Positions 1 through 9,708 of a DNA stretch of 48,742 nt are shown piece by piece; position 1 is the stretch's first letter, and each line of letters starts with the position of its first letter. The position numbers and the translations under genes were made by a program. This DNA is from Acholeplasmataceae bacterium (lineage in GTDB: Bacteria > Bacillota_I > Bacilli_A > ML615J-28 > CAG-698), in assembly GCA_012838705.1 (NCBI GenBank), contig DUOT01000137.1, forward strand, positions 1-48,742, in the 5' to 3' direction. The notes under the pieces are model-generated. The model ran no database searches. It was not told the DNA's origin and saw only the letters and a program-made list of their open reading frames with translations.

Positions 1-184
1 AATAATACTTTTCTTTATAAAAAAAATATGATATAGTATTAGTACGGTAAAAGTTGTCAGATAAATTAATAATTATTTCTAATTTTTTTATTAAACGAAC
101 CTAATTTTTATTATATGGAATATAATAGTAATAAGTAAATTATTTGAGAATTTATTTCGTATTTAATAAAAGGAGGATTCTTAA

Positions 185-1360
185 ATGAAAAAGATCTCAA
201 GCATACTTTTAATGCTCATCTTAATTTTTTCTTTAGTTGGGTGTAAGATGAATAGTGATACAAATGATAAAAACAATGGTAAATTTGTAGATATTAGTAA
301 TAAAGAAAGTAATGATGAAACAGCAAAATATAAAGTAACTGTGGAGGATAATTTTGATATCATATTAGAGAATCTTAATACTTCTTATGAAGCAGGAGAA
401 GTTGTAACGGTTAAATTAAGATTTCATTCTGGTGCGCGAGTTGGACTATTAGTAGATGGTGAAGAAGTATTACCTAAAGAATTTACTGTATGGAATTATG
501 AACTATATGAATTTATAATGCCGGAAAAAGATGTGCTTGTCCAAACGACTTTTAATGATAATATTGATAAACCGAAAATTTTTGATCAATACATTTACTT
601 CGATAAAGTTTTAGCATCAGTAAATTATACAATTAATTTTAATTATCAAGAAACAGAAGAAACTTTAAAATTACATAAAGATTTTATTGAAAAAAGTGGA
701 TTGAAAGATTTGGATTATAATTCTATTTTCTACTTTCCAAAAAGTGCTTCTATATTTTTACATTTTAATCCAAGTAAGGATACGATTATTGTTCAAGACT
801 TTATGAATAGTCTTAAAGAGGAACCATCAGTTGTTTCGGTAGAAAAACATTTTGAATATTTTTATGATAATGTTTATATGCATAATCCATTATATTATGG
901 ATTACAAGAAGAAAGTCATAAGATTCCTTATGAGTTTGCTAGTCCATCATTTTTGCCAAGTGGAATATATAAATCAGTTCAAGATATTTTAGATGGAATT
1001 GATTATTACTATGAACAAAATAAAAATACACCTGGCCCTATTAACAAAAACGAAAAATTAGTAAACCATATTACAACTCATGTTTATAATGAAGAATATT
1101 TTAATGATTATATTTTGGTTATCACTGATACTATTACAACAGGTAGTGGTTCAAATAAACAACAGTTAAATAGTGTTTTTTATAAAGATAATAAACTATA
1201 TGTGTTTGTTAAGATGTATTTTACGAATATGGGAACATGTGATATGCAATATACAAGGTTTATATTAAAAATTGATAAAAAATATATAGATGATGTAGAT
1301 AATTTATCTTTAGAGTTTTTATATAATCATCCTAAATATGATAATCATGGTTTGTGGTAA
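185..1360 (+). CDS. Putative lipoprotein, unknown function
   Basis: 391-aa ORF with an AAAGGAGGA RBS upstream. The N-terminal signal peptide ends in the lipobox L-V-G-C. No catalytic motif recognised. Confidence 0.6.
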   Translation: MKKISSILLMLILIFSLVGCKMNSDTNDKNNGKFVDISNKESNDETAKYKVTVEDNFDIILENLNTSYEAGEVVTVKLRFHSGARVGLLVDGEEVLPKEFTVWNYELYEFIMPEKDVLVQTTFNDNIDKPKIFDQYIYFDKVLASVNYTINFNYQETEETLKLHKDFIEKSGLKDLDYNSIFYFPKSASIFLHFNPSKDTIIVQDFMNSLKEEPSVVSVEKHFEYFYDNVYMHNPLYYGLQEESHKIPYEFASPSFLPSGIYKSVQDILDGIDYYYEQNKNTPGPINKNEKLVNHITTHVYNEEYFNDYILVITDTITTGSGSNKQQLNSVFYKDNKLYVFVKMYFTNMGTCDMQYTRFILKIDKKYIDDVDNLSLEFLYNHPKYDNHGLW

Positions 1361-1401
1361 TATTTTAAAATAATCATCAACTAAATAATTTTACTGCATA
1401 C

Positions 1402-1447
1402 AGAGTTACACTGATTTTTGATGAATAATTAGTGATAACTCTTTTTT
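1402..1447 (+). terminator. Rho-independent terminator
   Basis: AGAGTTA...TAACTCT stem with an inner CACT/AGTG extension, followed by T6, about 40 nt after the stop of the 185-1360 CDS. Confidence 0.6.
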
Positions 1448-1727
1448 ATAAATGTGTTATAGTTTATAAATTTTAGTAAATTCCATGTCCTAATTCTACA
1501 AAAATCTAAACATTATAAATATTATAATATTTTTATAAATAAGTCATATTTGATATTGTAGGTAATTGTGAAGGAATTTATCTATATGGTTATGTAAAGA
1601 AACTTAAAATTTAGAAATTCACAAATTCTAGAAAAAAATATATACTTTTTTGTCTTATTAATAAATAGGCTCTTTATGTAAACATAAACTAAAAGCTCAT
1701 GCTTAAAAACTTTTTAGGAGAGAATTT

Positions 1728-3107
1728 ATGAAAAAATTAATAATTAGTTTTCTTATAATTTTTTTCTTGATAAATGAAGTATCAGTGAGTGCGACTTCGA
1801 AGATGCCGATGTCGTTTGTTCCGGAGACTACAATTGCAGGGATTGTTCCGATTGATGATGATGATATATCCGTTAATATGGCAATCTTTGATTTGGATTT
1901 TAATACAAATAATGGACTGGATGTAACTAAGGGGATTGAAAAAAGAGCAGATTTAAAAATGACATATAATCTAATATATTCCGGTAACAAATCATCTGTG
2001 AGATTTTCTTTACCAATACTTAGTAAACTTAAGTTTTTAGGGGATGATGTTAATGTTTTTGTTGATGGAAATAAAATTGAACCATTTTTAAATATTTCAA
2101 CAAAGCACACCTTTATGTCATTCGAACATTCATATACAAGAATGGTTGAACAAGATTTCCTAACAGATTATAGAGAAAATATGCTTGAAGACTACCTTTT
2201 TATACATGATGTAGATGGTTATTTATATACTGTAAAGAATCCTAAGACAGAAGGAGACAACTATTATGTAAATACAAAACTACGTTTTATCGACGTTCCA
2301 GCTGATACTGTTTTTGTAGATATTAGTGGTGATGAGTCTGGAAATGATGTAATCTCTTATGGGACAATACGAAAATCTGAAGAAGAATATGTCTTTTTCT
2401 CAAGTTCAGAATTAATGATTGAAGCTGAATGTATAGAAGTAATAAAATCCAAACAAACTTATCACAGTTATGATAAAAGATTAGATGATCCAAAAATCTC
2501 AAAACAAGAAATGAAACTATCAAAGTATTTTGATGAGTACTCATTTGAAAATCATAGGTTTTTGGAATCAATAAAAAAACTATTTTATTATAATATTGAT
2601 CAAAAATGGAGTGATAATGATAAATTCCATATATATAGATCAAAAAGCATATTAAATGATATTTATGATGAATATTTAGAAATGTCTCTAGATTTTGATA
2701 TTAACTTTTCAAAACCACAAATCCAAGTAGAGATTGAAATGCCAATACCTATACATTGCTATAAGGAAGATATGACAATAGAGTTTGTTGGTAATCCGGG
2801 ACAAAAGTTTAAGGAATTTGATGAATTTTCAATACACACTCATATTGATGAAAAAATAATTAAAAGTAATTTTGAGCCTAATAGTAATGAAAATAAAAAC
2901 TATTATTGGATAATAGATGGGAATTCCACATTAACAGTCAATTTTACTAATAGTTCATATAGAAATCCATTTGGAATAGTGTTTTTACGTGTGTTTATAA
3001 TGATTTTGATTATTATATTTATTGCTATTGTACTTGTTGCTTTAGGTGTGTTCTTAATTATTTATTTAATTCGACCTAAGAAAAACAAAATAAAACAACG
3101 AATTTGA
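1728..3107 (+). CDS. Secreted protein with C-terminal membrane anchor, unknown function
   Basis: 459-aa ORF with an AGGAGAG RBS. It has an N-terminal signal-like hydrophobic segment. The C-terminus carries about 35 hydrophobic residues (VFLRVFIMILIIIFIAIVLVALGVFLIIYLI) followed by the basic tail RPKKNKIKQRI. Confidence 0.55.
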   Translation: MKKLIISFLIIFFLINEVSVSATSKMPMSFVPETTIAGIVPIDDDDISVNMAIFDLDFNTNNGLDVTKGIEKRADLKMTYNLIYSGNKSSVRFSLPILSKLKFLGDDVNVFVDGNKIEPFLNISTKHTFMSFEHSYTRMVEQDFLTDYRENMLEDYLFIHDVDGYLYTVKNPKTEGDNYYVNTKLRFIDVPADTVFVDISGDESGNDVISYGTIRKSEEEYVFFSSSELMIEAECIEVIKSKQTYHSYDKRLDDPKISKQEMKLSKYFDEYSFENHRFLESIKKLFYYNIDQKWSDNDKFHIYRSKSILNDIYDEYLEMSLDFDINFSKPQIQVEIEMPIPIHCYKEDMTIEFVGNPGQKFKEFDEFSIHTHIDEKIIKSNFEPNSNENKNYYWIIDGNSTLTVNFTNSSYRNPFGIVFLRVFIMILIIIFIAIVLVALGVFLIIYLIRPKKNKIKQRI

Positions 3108-3223
3108 ATAATTGTATTAAGAATCTAATTATTATAAAATTGGTTTTATGGTAATGAAAAATTTCACATTATAAAGTTTATAAGTCCTTTTTATGAGTGT
3201 ATTTATGAAAGGGGGTTGAGTAT

Positions 3224-4330
3224 ATGAAAAAAACATTGATTTTAATTTTACTTTTATTTGTTTTGTTTGGCTGTCAACCTGATTCTAATAAATACACAAA
3301 AGGAATTGTATTTGAATTTAATGAAGAAACCCAATCTTATTCAGTAGTAGGTTATGAAGGAGAAGATACAACATTAATAATACCAAGTAAGTATGAAGGT
3401 TATCCAGTTACTCATATGGACCTTTCCGATTATAATGAATTATACGATATTAGGGTAGAAAAGGTAGTGTTGCCGGAAAGTCTTCTTAGCATAGGAGGGG
3501 GTACGTTTTCTCTAGAGCTATTTGAAAATTTAGAAGAAGTGATAATCCCTAAAAATTGTAAGGATTTTGTTAGGGGTTTCATGTACCATAATCATTCCAT
3601 GGATATAGTAATACCTGAAGATCATAATTATTATAAAGAAGTAGTAATTGATGATGTGGAAATAGTAATGACAAAAAATGAAAAAGAGATAGTATATATA
3701 AATAACACTACAGATGAAAATAAAGTTCTAACAATTCCTAATGGTGTTGAAAAAATAGGTGAATATGCTGCAACTTATACAAAATATAAAGAAATAAAAT
3801 TGCCTGAGGGATTAAAAGAAATAGGAAGAACAGCATTTGCAGGAACTAGGGATCAAAGAACTAATAAAAAAGCAACCATTATTAATCTACCAAGTACTCT
3901 AGAACATATTGGTCTTAGTGCTTTTGCTGTTGGTTTTGATGGAGGAGAATTAGTATTACCACCAAATCTAAAAACCATAGATGCTCATGCATTTGCTTAT
4001 AATAACCTTCATACTATTAGAATCAATAATGGGCTAACACAATTTGCTTTTCTTTTTGGAGAGCTTTATATTGAGGATAATTATAATCATGTAACGACAG
4101 TTGTTATAGAAGATCTAAATTTATCAGGAGAAACATTAGATAATTTTCTCAAAGATTTCGTTAGTACAAACTTCCAACATGGATATAAAGATGAAGTCGT
4201 AACAATTGTTCTACCAAACAATGATTCAAAAGATAAGATAAAGTTAGTTGTTGAAATGTCATTAGAGATTGCTAAACTAAAAAATCCATATGTAAATTAT
4301 CCTACATTTGTGTTTGAATATAGTGAATAG
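3224..4330 (+). CDS. Lipoprotein with BspA-type leucine-rich repeats
   Basis: Lipobox L-F-G-C. Motif Y-x-V-x-G-Y-x-G...IIPSKYEGYPV, followed by repeated units such as IPNGVEKIGEYA and LPEGLKEIGRTAFAG, which are typical of LRR_5/BspA-like surface proteins. Confidence 0.65.
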   Translation: MKKTLILILLLFVLFGCQPDSNKYTKGIVFEFNEETQSYSVVGYEGEDTTLIIPSKYEGYPVTHMDLSDYNELYDIRVEKVVLPESLLSIGGGTFSLELFENLEEVIIPKNCKDFVRGFMYHNHSMDIVIPEDHNYYKEVVIDDVEIVMTKNEKEIVYINNTTDENKVLTIPNGVEKIGEYAATYTKYKEIKLPEGLKEIGRTAFAGTRDQRTNKKATIINLPSTLEHIGLSAFAVGFDGGELVLPPNLKTIDAHAFAYNNLHTIRINNGLTQFAFLFGELYIEDNYNHVTTVVIEDLNLSGETLDNFLKDFVSTNFQHGYKDEVVTIVLPNNDSKDKIKLVVEMSLEIAKLKNPYVNYPTFVFEYSE

Positions 4331-4344
4331 TAAAATGAAAGAAG

Positions 4345-4389
4345 CTCTTAAAATAGTAACATGTTTGAAAACTATTTTAAGAGTTTTTT
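4345..4389 (+). terminator. Rho-independent terminator
   Basis: Perfect 13-bp stem CTCTTAAAATAGT / ACTATTTTAAGAG followed by T6. Confidence 0.8.
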
Positions 4390-4497
4390 GTTCAATATAG
4401 TATTTTATAATATTTATATTTGTGGTAAAATTAGACTAAGGGTAGATAGGATAAAAAAATAATTATTTTGATGGTTTAATTGAAAGGAGATTTATAT

Positions 4498-4707
4498 ATG
4501 TTTGATGAACTTATCAATAAAAGTGTTGAAATATTAGTTGCATTTTCAACTGGGTTTCCAAGTGGTGGTGCTGTACCTAATATGTATAAAGGTACACTAT
4601 TAAGTTGTGATGATGACTTTTGCAAACTAAAGTTATTTAAATCAAAAAGTAATAAAGATATTATTTATATAGCAACAAAATTTATTATTACTATAAAAGA
4701 AATATAA
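4498..4707 (+). CDS. Small hypothetical protein (69 aa)
   Basis: ATG at 4498, 8 nt after an AAAGGAG RBS. The track start at 4480 is a TTG lying just upstream of that RBS. No family recognised. Confidence 0.45.
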   Translation: MFDELINKSVEILVAFSTGFPSGGAVPNMYKGTLLSCDDDFCKLKLFKSKSNKDIIYIATKFIITIKEI

Positions 4708-4730
4708 GAAATATTTATATAAGGATTATT

Positions 4731-5171
4731 ATGAGAACAATTATAAAAGAAAGATTAATTAAAAAAAGTAGAGAGTATTTATATAATAAATGGACAACTA
4801 ATGAAGGATTAAATTCTTTTTTTAGTGCTGATAATGATATTGAAATAAAACCTAATGGCAAGTATGAAATATATTTTACTTCAGACACAAGTATTAAAGA
4901 GCGTGGAAGTGAAGGGTGCACGGTACTCTCTTTTATTCCTAATCGAATGTTTTCATTTACATGGAACACTCCTCCACAATTTAAAGACTTAAGATATTCA
5001 GGATATTATACATGGGTTGTTTTAGAATTTATTGAAATAGAAAATGGCACTTTGGTGCGACTTACAAATCTAGGATATCCTAATAATGAGGCGTGGGATA
5101 AGGCTTATAAATATTTTGATAAAGCATGGGACTATGTCCTTGATAATTTAGTAGAATCATGTATAGAATAA
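4731..5171 (+). CDS. SRPBCC / AHSA1 (Aha1-like) domain protein
   Basis: 146 aa. The N-terminal block (SREYLYNKWTTNEGLNSFF) and the overall length and pattern are typical of the Activator-of-Hsp90-ATPase-homologue-1-like SRPBCC family. Confidence 0.55.
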   Translation: MRTIIKERLIKKSREYLYNKWTTNEGLNSFFSADNDIEIKPNGKYEIYFTSDTSIKERGSEGCTVLSFIPNRMFSFTWNTPPQFKDLRYSGYYTWVVLEFIEIENGTLVRLTNLGYPNNEAWDKAYKYFDKAWDYVLDNLVESCIE

Positions 5172-5198
5172 ACAAAACTGTAGAAAGGATTATTATTT

Positions 5199-5633
5199 AT
5201 GGAAAAAGGTTTTAATGCATTTAATTATGGTGCTAATGCTATTTGTTTCAAAAAAAATAATTATAACTATGGAATGATTTGTTCATGGGCTACTCAAGTT
5301 GATTATGATAAAATTGTGATGCTTTTAGGCGAACAAAGTATTACAGGTAAAAATATATGTCAAGGCGATGTTGTTGGAGTAAGTGTATTAAGCATTCATC
5401 AAGAGGATATTATGAACCTATTAGGTAATGGTCATTCAGATGAAATTGATAAGTTTAAAGATATAAAATATACATTAGATGATTCAGCAATTCTAATTGA
5501 TGATGCAAGTATTTGTATGGTTGTTGAGGTAATTGATGTTATTCATTTAGAAGGAATAGAAGAAGATAACCTTGTTTATGCAGCAATCAAATCATATAAG
5601 AAGAATAAAGAAAAAATGTTGACGATTAATTAA
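5199..5633 (+). CDS. Flavin reductase-like (FMN-binding split-barrel) domain protein
   Basis: The blocks GMICSWATQV and GVSVLS..Q..I...LG..HSDEIDKF resemble the conserved blocks of the flavin-reductase-like family. AAAGGA RBS. Confidence 0.5.
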   Translation: MEKGFNAFNYGANAICFKKNNYNYGMICSWATQVDYDKIVMLLGEQSITGKNICQGDVVGVSVLSIHQEDIMNLLGNGHSDEIDKFKDIKYTLDDSAILIDDASICMVVEVIDVIHLEGIEEDNLVYAAIKSYKKNKEKMLTIN

Positions 5634-5706
5634 ATATAATAAGATCATAATTATAATATGCAAAAAGCAAATCAATTGGCTTTTTTGTTTTCTTTTATAA
5701 GTTTAA

Positions 5707-5744
5707 AACATCACTATAAGGTATAAATTATAGTGATGTTTTTG
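5707..5744. terminator. Strong hairpin terminator
   Basis: Perfect 13-bp stem AACATCACTATAA / TTATAGTGATGTT followed by TTTG on the + strand. It lies downstream of the 4498-5633 gene set. Confidence 0.6.
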
Positions 5745-6003
5745 TATTGATAAATTGATTTTGTTTTTTCATATAAATCAATAAATCTTGGTTCATTACT
5801 AATAGATTGAAAGAACTCGGTTTCTAAGTTCTCAAGCATCGATTCTTTTGCACCTTTGCTCCAGCTTGATCTAGGTGTAACGTTACTATCTTTAATAAAG
5901 ATAAACTTATGTTTTTCGCTACAATCATACGATTCAAATAATTTGCAGAAGTGTTGAGCTTAATTATATATGAATTATTAATAATTGTAAACAACTTTCT
6001 ATT

Positions 6004-7377
6004 TTAATGTTCTTCCTCTAGAGGTTCTTTATCGCCAATTGATAACAATAAGTTTAAAAGAATACCTACGATCGCAGCAGTTGCAATAGCTGGTAATTCA
6101 ATTCCGAAGAATGGAATCATACCATTATAAGGTGCGAAGCTTCCACCAAGACCTATAATAAGGATTACTGCTATTACGGCAAGATTTTTAGCTTTAAATA
6201 AATTTACTTTTTTGTCCATCATTATTGTAATACCTTGAGCTGCTATTACACCAAATAAGTAGATTGATAGGCCCCCGATAACAGCATTAGGAATTGAGTA
6301 GACAGCATTAATAAGTGGTGTAAAGCATGATATTGCCATAGTAATGATTGATGCTGCAATTAATACATTAACAGAGAAAGTTTTTGTTATTGACATCGTA
6401 CTAATGTTTTCTCCATAATTTGTTCCTGCAGGTCCCCCAACCATACCTGAAATAATATCTCCAAGGCCATCACCTATTAAGTTTTGACCTAATCGATTTC
6501 CAATATCATATTTTTTAGTTGATCCTTTTTTAGCTGCTAAATCATTTACATAGACATCTAATTGATAAATATGTGCTGTTGATTCTGGTATTGTTGCAAT
6601 GGCGATTGGCATAATTGCTAATACTGCAGCAAATGATGGTTTTGGTAGGGTGAAGATTGGAAGTGCAAAGATAGTTTTATTTGCAAATGTATTAAAATTG
6701 ATAAAATTAATGCCAGTACTTAATTGGATAATAACAGCAGTTAAATAACCTGTTAATAACCCAAAGAGTACTGGCAACTGGCTTAATTTACCTTTTAGGT
6801 AAACTGAATATAAAATTGTAGAAAGTAAAGTAACAATAGCAATTAATAATGCAAAATTAGAAGCCATTGAAATTTGGCTTTCAGAAACACCTTCTGGAAT
6901 AAAATATGCATTACCTAATGCACTTCCTGCAAGAGATAATCCAATAACAATAGCGATACTTCCAGTAACAGTAGCTGGTAAGATTTTATTGATTAATCTT
7001 TTTCCATATTTTCTAATAATAATACCAGCAAGGATTGAAACAAATCCTGACATAACGATACCAAATTGAGCAATAGAAATGCGACTATTTAATGGTAAAT
7101 GGGCAAATTGTTCAGCTGTCATAATTGAAGTAACTGCAGCAATATATGAAAAGCTTGAACCATAATAAAGAGGGATTTTCTTTTTCGTAACTAAAATGAA
7201 AGCAAGAGTTGCAAGACCACTAGCAAAAATAGTAGTAGATACATGGAAACCAGTTAATAATGCAACTAATACAGTAGCTGGAAACATTACAACTATTTGC
7301 TGAAGTGCAAATAAAATCAATTCAAAAAACCTAGGGTTTTCATCAGGCAGATAACCAAAAACCTTTTCTTTGGCCAT
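6004..7377 (-). CDS. Nucleobase:cation symporter-2 (uracil/xanthine permease) family transporter
   Basis: 457 aa and polytopic. NCS2-like sequence blocks, including SFSYIAA and TNYGENI, in a 12+ TM layout. GGAGGAGG RBS. Confidence 0.75.
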   Translation of the reverse strand: MAKEKVFGYLPDENPRFFELILFALQQIVVMFPATVLVALLTGFHVSTTIFASGLATLAFILVTKKKIPLYYGSSFSYIAAVTSIMTAEQFAHLPLNSRISIAQFGIVMSGFVSILAGIIIRKYGKRLINKILPATVTGSIAIVIGLSLAGSALGNAYFIPEGVSESQISMASNFALLIAIVTLLSTILYSVYLKGKLSQLPVLFGLLTGYLTAVIIQLSTGINFINFNTFANKTIFALPIFTLPKPSFAAVLAIMPIAIATIPESTAHIYQLDVYVNDLAAKKGSTKKYDIGNRLGQNLIGDGLGDIISGMVGGPAGTNYGENISTMSITKTFSVNVLIAASIITMAISCFTPLINAVYSIPNAVIGGLSIYLFGVIAAQGITIMMDKKVNLFKAKNLAVIAVILIIGLGGSFAPYNGMIPFFGIELPAIATAAIVGILLNLLLSIGDKEPLEEEH

Positions 7378-7647
7378 ACTAATTCCTCCTCCATAGAATT
7401 ATTCCAAAAAAAAAAATCTATTCTAGGCAAGAATGTGTAAAGTTTTTTCTTTACTTAATATATTCTCACCAATTACAAGATTTTTTATAAGTGTATCATA
7501 AAGTAATATATTTGTAAAGAGTTTTTTTAAAAAAATTATCAAAAAATGAATTATTAAACTTAGGATTAGAAAAAAGCCTTGTATTATTATTTCAAAAAGA
7601 GTATAATATTATTTGTTGGAATAAAATACGATTGAAAGGATTAGAGT

Positions 7648-8910
7648 ATGGTTACAGCATTAATTATCTTTATTATTACATATGTACTTTTACTGTCTTT
7701 CCCCAAATATCGAGCATATATTGCTTTAGCTTCTGCAGTCGTATTTTTAATTTTTGGTTTACCATTTAAAAAAGCAATCAATGCAATTGATTTAAATGTT
7801 ATTATGATGATTGCAGGAACAATGGGGATTGTATCATTATTTATTGAGTCAAAAATGCCGTCATTACTTGCTGATTTATTAATTAAAAGAATGCCTAATG
7901 TTAAGTGGACAATTATTGCTTTATCGTTATTTTCAAGCATCATTTCAGCATTTATAGATAATGTTGCGACGGTTTTAATGGTAGCTCCTGTTGCATTAAA
8001 TATTTCGAAGAAGCTTAAAATTTCTCCAGTACCAAGTATTATTTCTATAGCAATTGCTTCTAACCTACAAGGAGCAGCAACATTAGTTGGTGATACAACA
8101 TCAATATTATTAGGTGGACACGCTGGATTAAACTTTTTGGATTTCTTCTTTTTCCAAGGAAAACCAGGATTATTCTGGATAGTTCAAATTGGGGCTATAG
8201 CAGCAACAATTGTATTGTTAATCGTCTTTAGAAAAGAAAAACAACCAATTGAAGTAGAAGGAAAAACAGAAGTAAAAGATTATTTTCCTACATTTCTATT
8301 ATTAGGGATGGTATTATTATTAATAATTGCTTCATTTATTCCTAATACGCCAGAAAATATAAATGGTTACATTTGTATTAGTTTACTTGTTATTGGGCTT
8401 GTTTGGAAACTTATAAAGATCAAAGATTTTAAAGAGACTGCTAAGACATTAAAAGAAATAGATTACTTTACATTATTACTTCTTGCTGGGCTATTTGTAG
8501 TAATTGAAGGGATAAAAGAAGCTGGAGTTATAGCAGAAATTAGTGAATTAATAAGTAATGCTAGTAAAGGAAATGTATTTTTAATATTTACTATTATTGT
8601 ATGGGCATCAGTATTACTGTCAGCATTTATTGATAATATCCCATATGTTGCTACGATGCTTCCAGTAGTTGGAGCAATATCAGCAAACCTAGGAATTGAA
8701 CCATACTTACTGTATTTTGGTTTATTAATTGGTGCAACATTAGGTGGTAATCTTACTCCAATCGGTGCATCTGCGAATATCGCGGGTATAGGAATTTTAA
8801 GAAAAGAAGGTTATGAAGTAAAAGTAACACAGTTTATGAAATTAGGTGTACCATTTACACTTGCTGCTGTTACTACGGGATATATTTTAGTTTGGTTATT
8901 ATGGAGTTAA
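7648..8910 (+). CDS. ArsB/NhaD-superfamily (citrate-transporter-like) anion permease
   Basis: 420 aa and polytopic. The internal duplication motif SAFIDNVATVLMVAPV / SAFIDNIPYVATMLPV is typical of the ArsB/NhaD permease fold. Confidence 0.55.
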   Translation: MVTALIIFIITYVLLLSFPKYRAYIALASAVVFLIFGLPFKKAINAIDLNVIMMIAGTMGIVSLFIESKMPSLLADLLIKRMPNVKWTIIALSLFSSIISAFIDNVATVLMVAPVALNISKKLKISPVPSIISIAIASNLQGAATLVGDTTSILLGGHAGLNFLDFFFFQGKPGLFWIVQIGAIAATIVLLIVFRKEKQPIEVEGKTEVKDYFPTFLLLGMVLLLIIASFIPNTPENINGYICISLLVIGLVWKLIKIKDFKETAKTLKEIDYFTLLLLAGLFVVIEGIKEAGVIAEISELISNASKGNVFLIFTIIVWASVLLSAFIDNIPYVATMLPVVGAISANLGIEPYLLYFGLLIGATLGGNLTPIGASANIAGIGILRKEGYEVKVTQFMKLGVPFTLAAVTTGYILVWLLWS

Positions 8911-8934
8911 TAAAGTGTAAAAATATTAGTCTTC

Positions 8935-8967
8935 AGGTTGTTGACATAGTGTCATCAACCTTTTTTA
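8935..8967 (+). terminator. Rho-independent terminator
   Basis: AGGTTGTTGACA-tag-TGTCATCAACCT stem (1 mismatch) followed by T6. Confidence 0.75.
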
Positions 8968-9161
8968 TTTTTATAAACCCATAGACTCGAATGGCATCAG
9001 AAAAATCTATTGATAACATCATAAAATATTTTATATGCCACAATTTTAAAAATGATATATAGAAAGATGTAGAAGTAACAATTATACTTCTGGAAAATGA
9101 AACAAGAGATCAAGTAAAAGGAATAGTTTTTATAATTTATAATTAATTAAAAAATCACCCT

Positions 9162-9190
9162 TTGACAATCCCCTATATGTGTGTTAAAAT
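9162..9190 (+). promoter_or_regulatory. Sigma-A type promoter
   Basis: TTGACA (9162-9167), a 17-nt spacer, then TAAAAT (9185-9190). The ORF-track start at 9162 is the TTG of the -35 box. Confidence 0.6.
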
Positions 9191-9257
9191 TTTATTAGAT
9201 GGTACAGTTATAAATGAGCATAAACAAATTAAAAAACATAAAAAAGGTGGGAAGAAA

Positions 9258-9647
9258 ATGTGGGGGTTTCGTATAGATCCGGGTACAGCATTATTGTTTT
9301 TATTTTTAATAATTTTTATTATTGTTACTATTACATTTCCATATATAAAAAGGAATGAATTATATGGAATAAGATTAAGTATATGTTTTGAGTCAGAAGA
9401 ATTATGGCATAAAATTCATGTGAATGCAAGCTTTGGAACTATTCCTTTTATTGTAATAACAGCTATTTGTATGTTTTTAAAAAGTGCAGCTTTAAAGACA
9501 TTCTTATCATTAGTAATAATATTTCTAGCTGTTGTGGTTTGGACCTTAATTGCAAAGTTTACTGCGAAAAGTTACTTTAAGCCAATAAGAGAACAAGAAG
9601 AAAAAGAATTAAAAGAAGCAATAAAAAGAGAGTCTGGTTGGAGATAG
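9258..9647 (+). CDS. SdpI/YhfL-family membrane protein
   Basis: ATG at 9258 follows an AAGGTGGG RBS. The N..YGIR.......W motif and four TM segments resemble the SdpI immunity-protein family. Confidence 0.5.
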   Translation: MWGFRIDPGTALLFLFLIIFIIVTITFPYIKRNELYGIRLSICFESEELWHKIHVNASFGTIPFIVITAICMFLKSAALKTFLSLVIIFLAVVVWTLIAKFTAKSYFKPIREQEEKELKEAIKRESGWR

Positions 9648-9676
9648 TTAAATATTATAGTTATTAGTATTAATAA

Positions 9677-9705
9677 AGCCCATCTTTAAGATGGGTCATT
9701 TTTTT
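9677..9705. terminator. Bidirectional terminator between convergent genes
   Basis: AAGCCCATCTT / AAGATGGG hairpin flanked by A-rich sequence upstream and T7 downstream. Confidence 0.65.
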
Positions 9706-9708
9706 AAA

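Noticed and set aside
1612-1630. An imperfect palindrome, TAGAAATT-cac-AAATTCTA, about 100 nt upstream of the 1728 gene. I considered it as a possible operator.
   Set aside because: The arms match at only 7 of 8 positions and consist almost entirely of A/T. It is not repeated elsewhere in the window and no regulator gene is adjacent.
5751-5990. An open frame of about 80 codons on the minus strand (AQHFCKLFESYDCSEKHKFIFIKDSNVTPRSSWSKGAKESMLENLETEFFQSISNEPRFIDLYEKTKSIYQYKNITIIYTL) in the 370-nt gap between the flavin-reductase-like gene and the permease gene. It could be the 3' remnant of a decayed gene.
   Set aside because: A stop codon lies immediately upstream and there is no start codon or RBS before an internal Met that leaves only 41 aa. 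I recognise no family, and the frame runs through the 5707-5740 terminator hairpin. It could be a pseudogene fragment, but the evidence is too thin without a tblastn search.
8991-9140. Two short in-frame open segments (MASEKSIDNIIKYFICHNFKNDI, a stop, then KDVEVTIILLENETRDQVKGIVFIIYN) in the intergenic region upstream of the SdpI-like gene.
   Set aside because: There is no RBS, an internal stop codon interrupts them, they are very short and I recognise no motif. They are indistinguishable from chance in this base composition.
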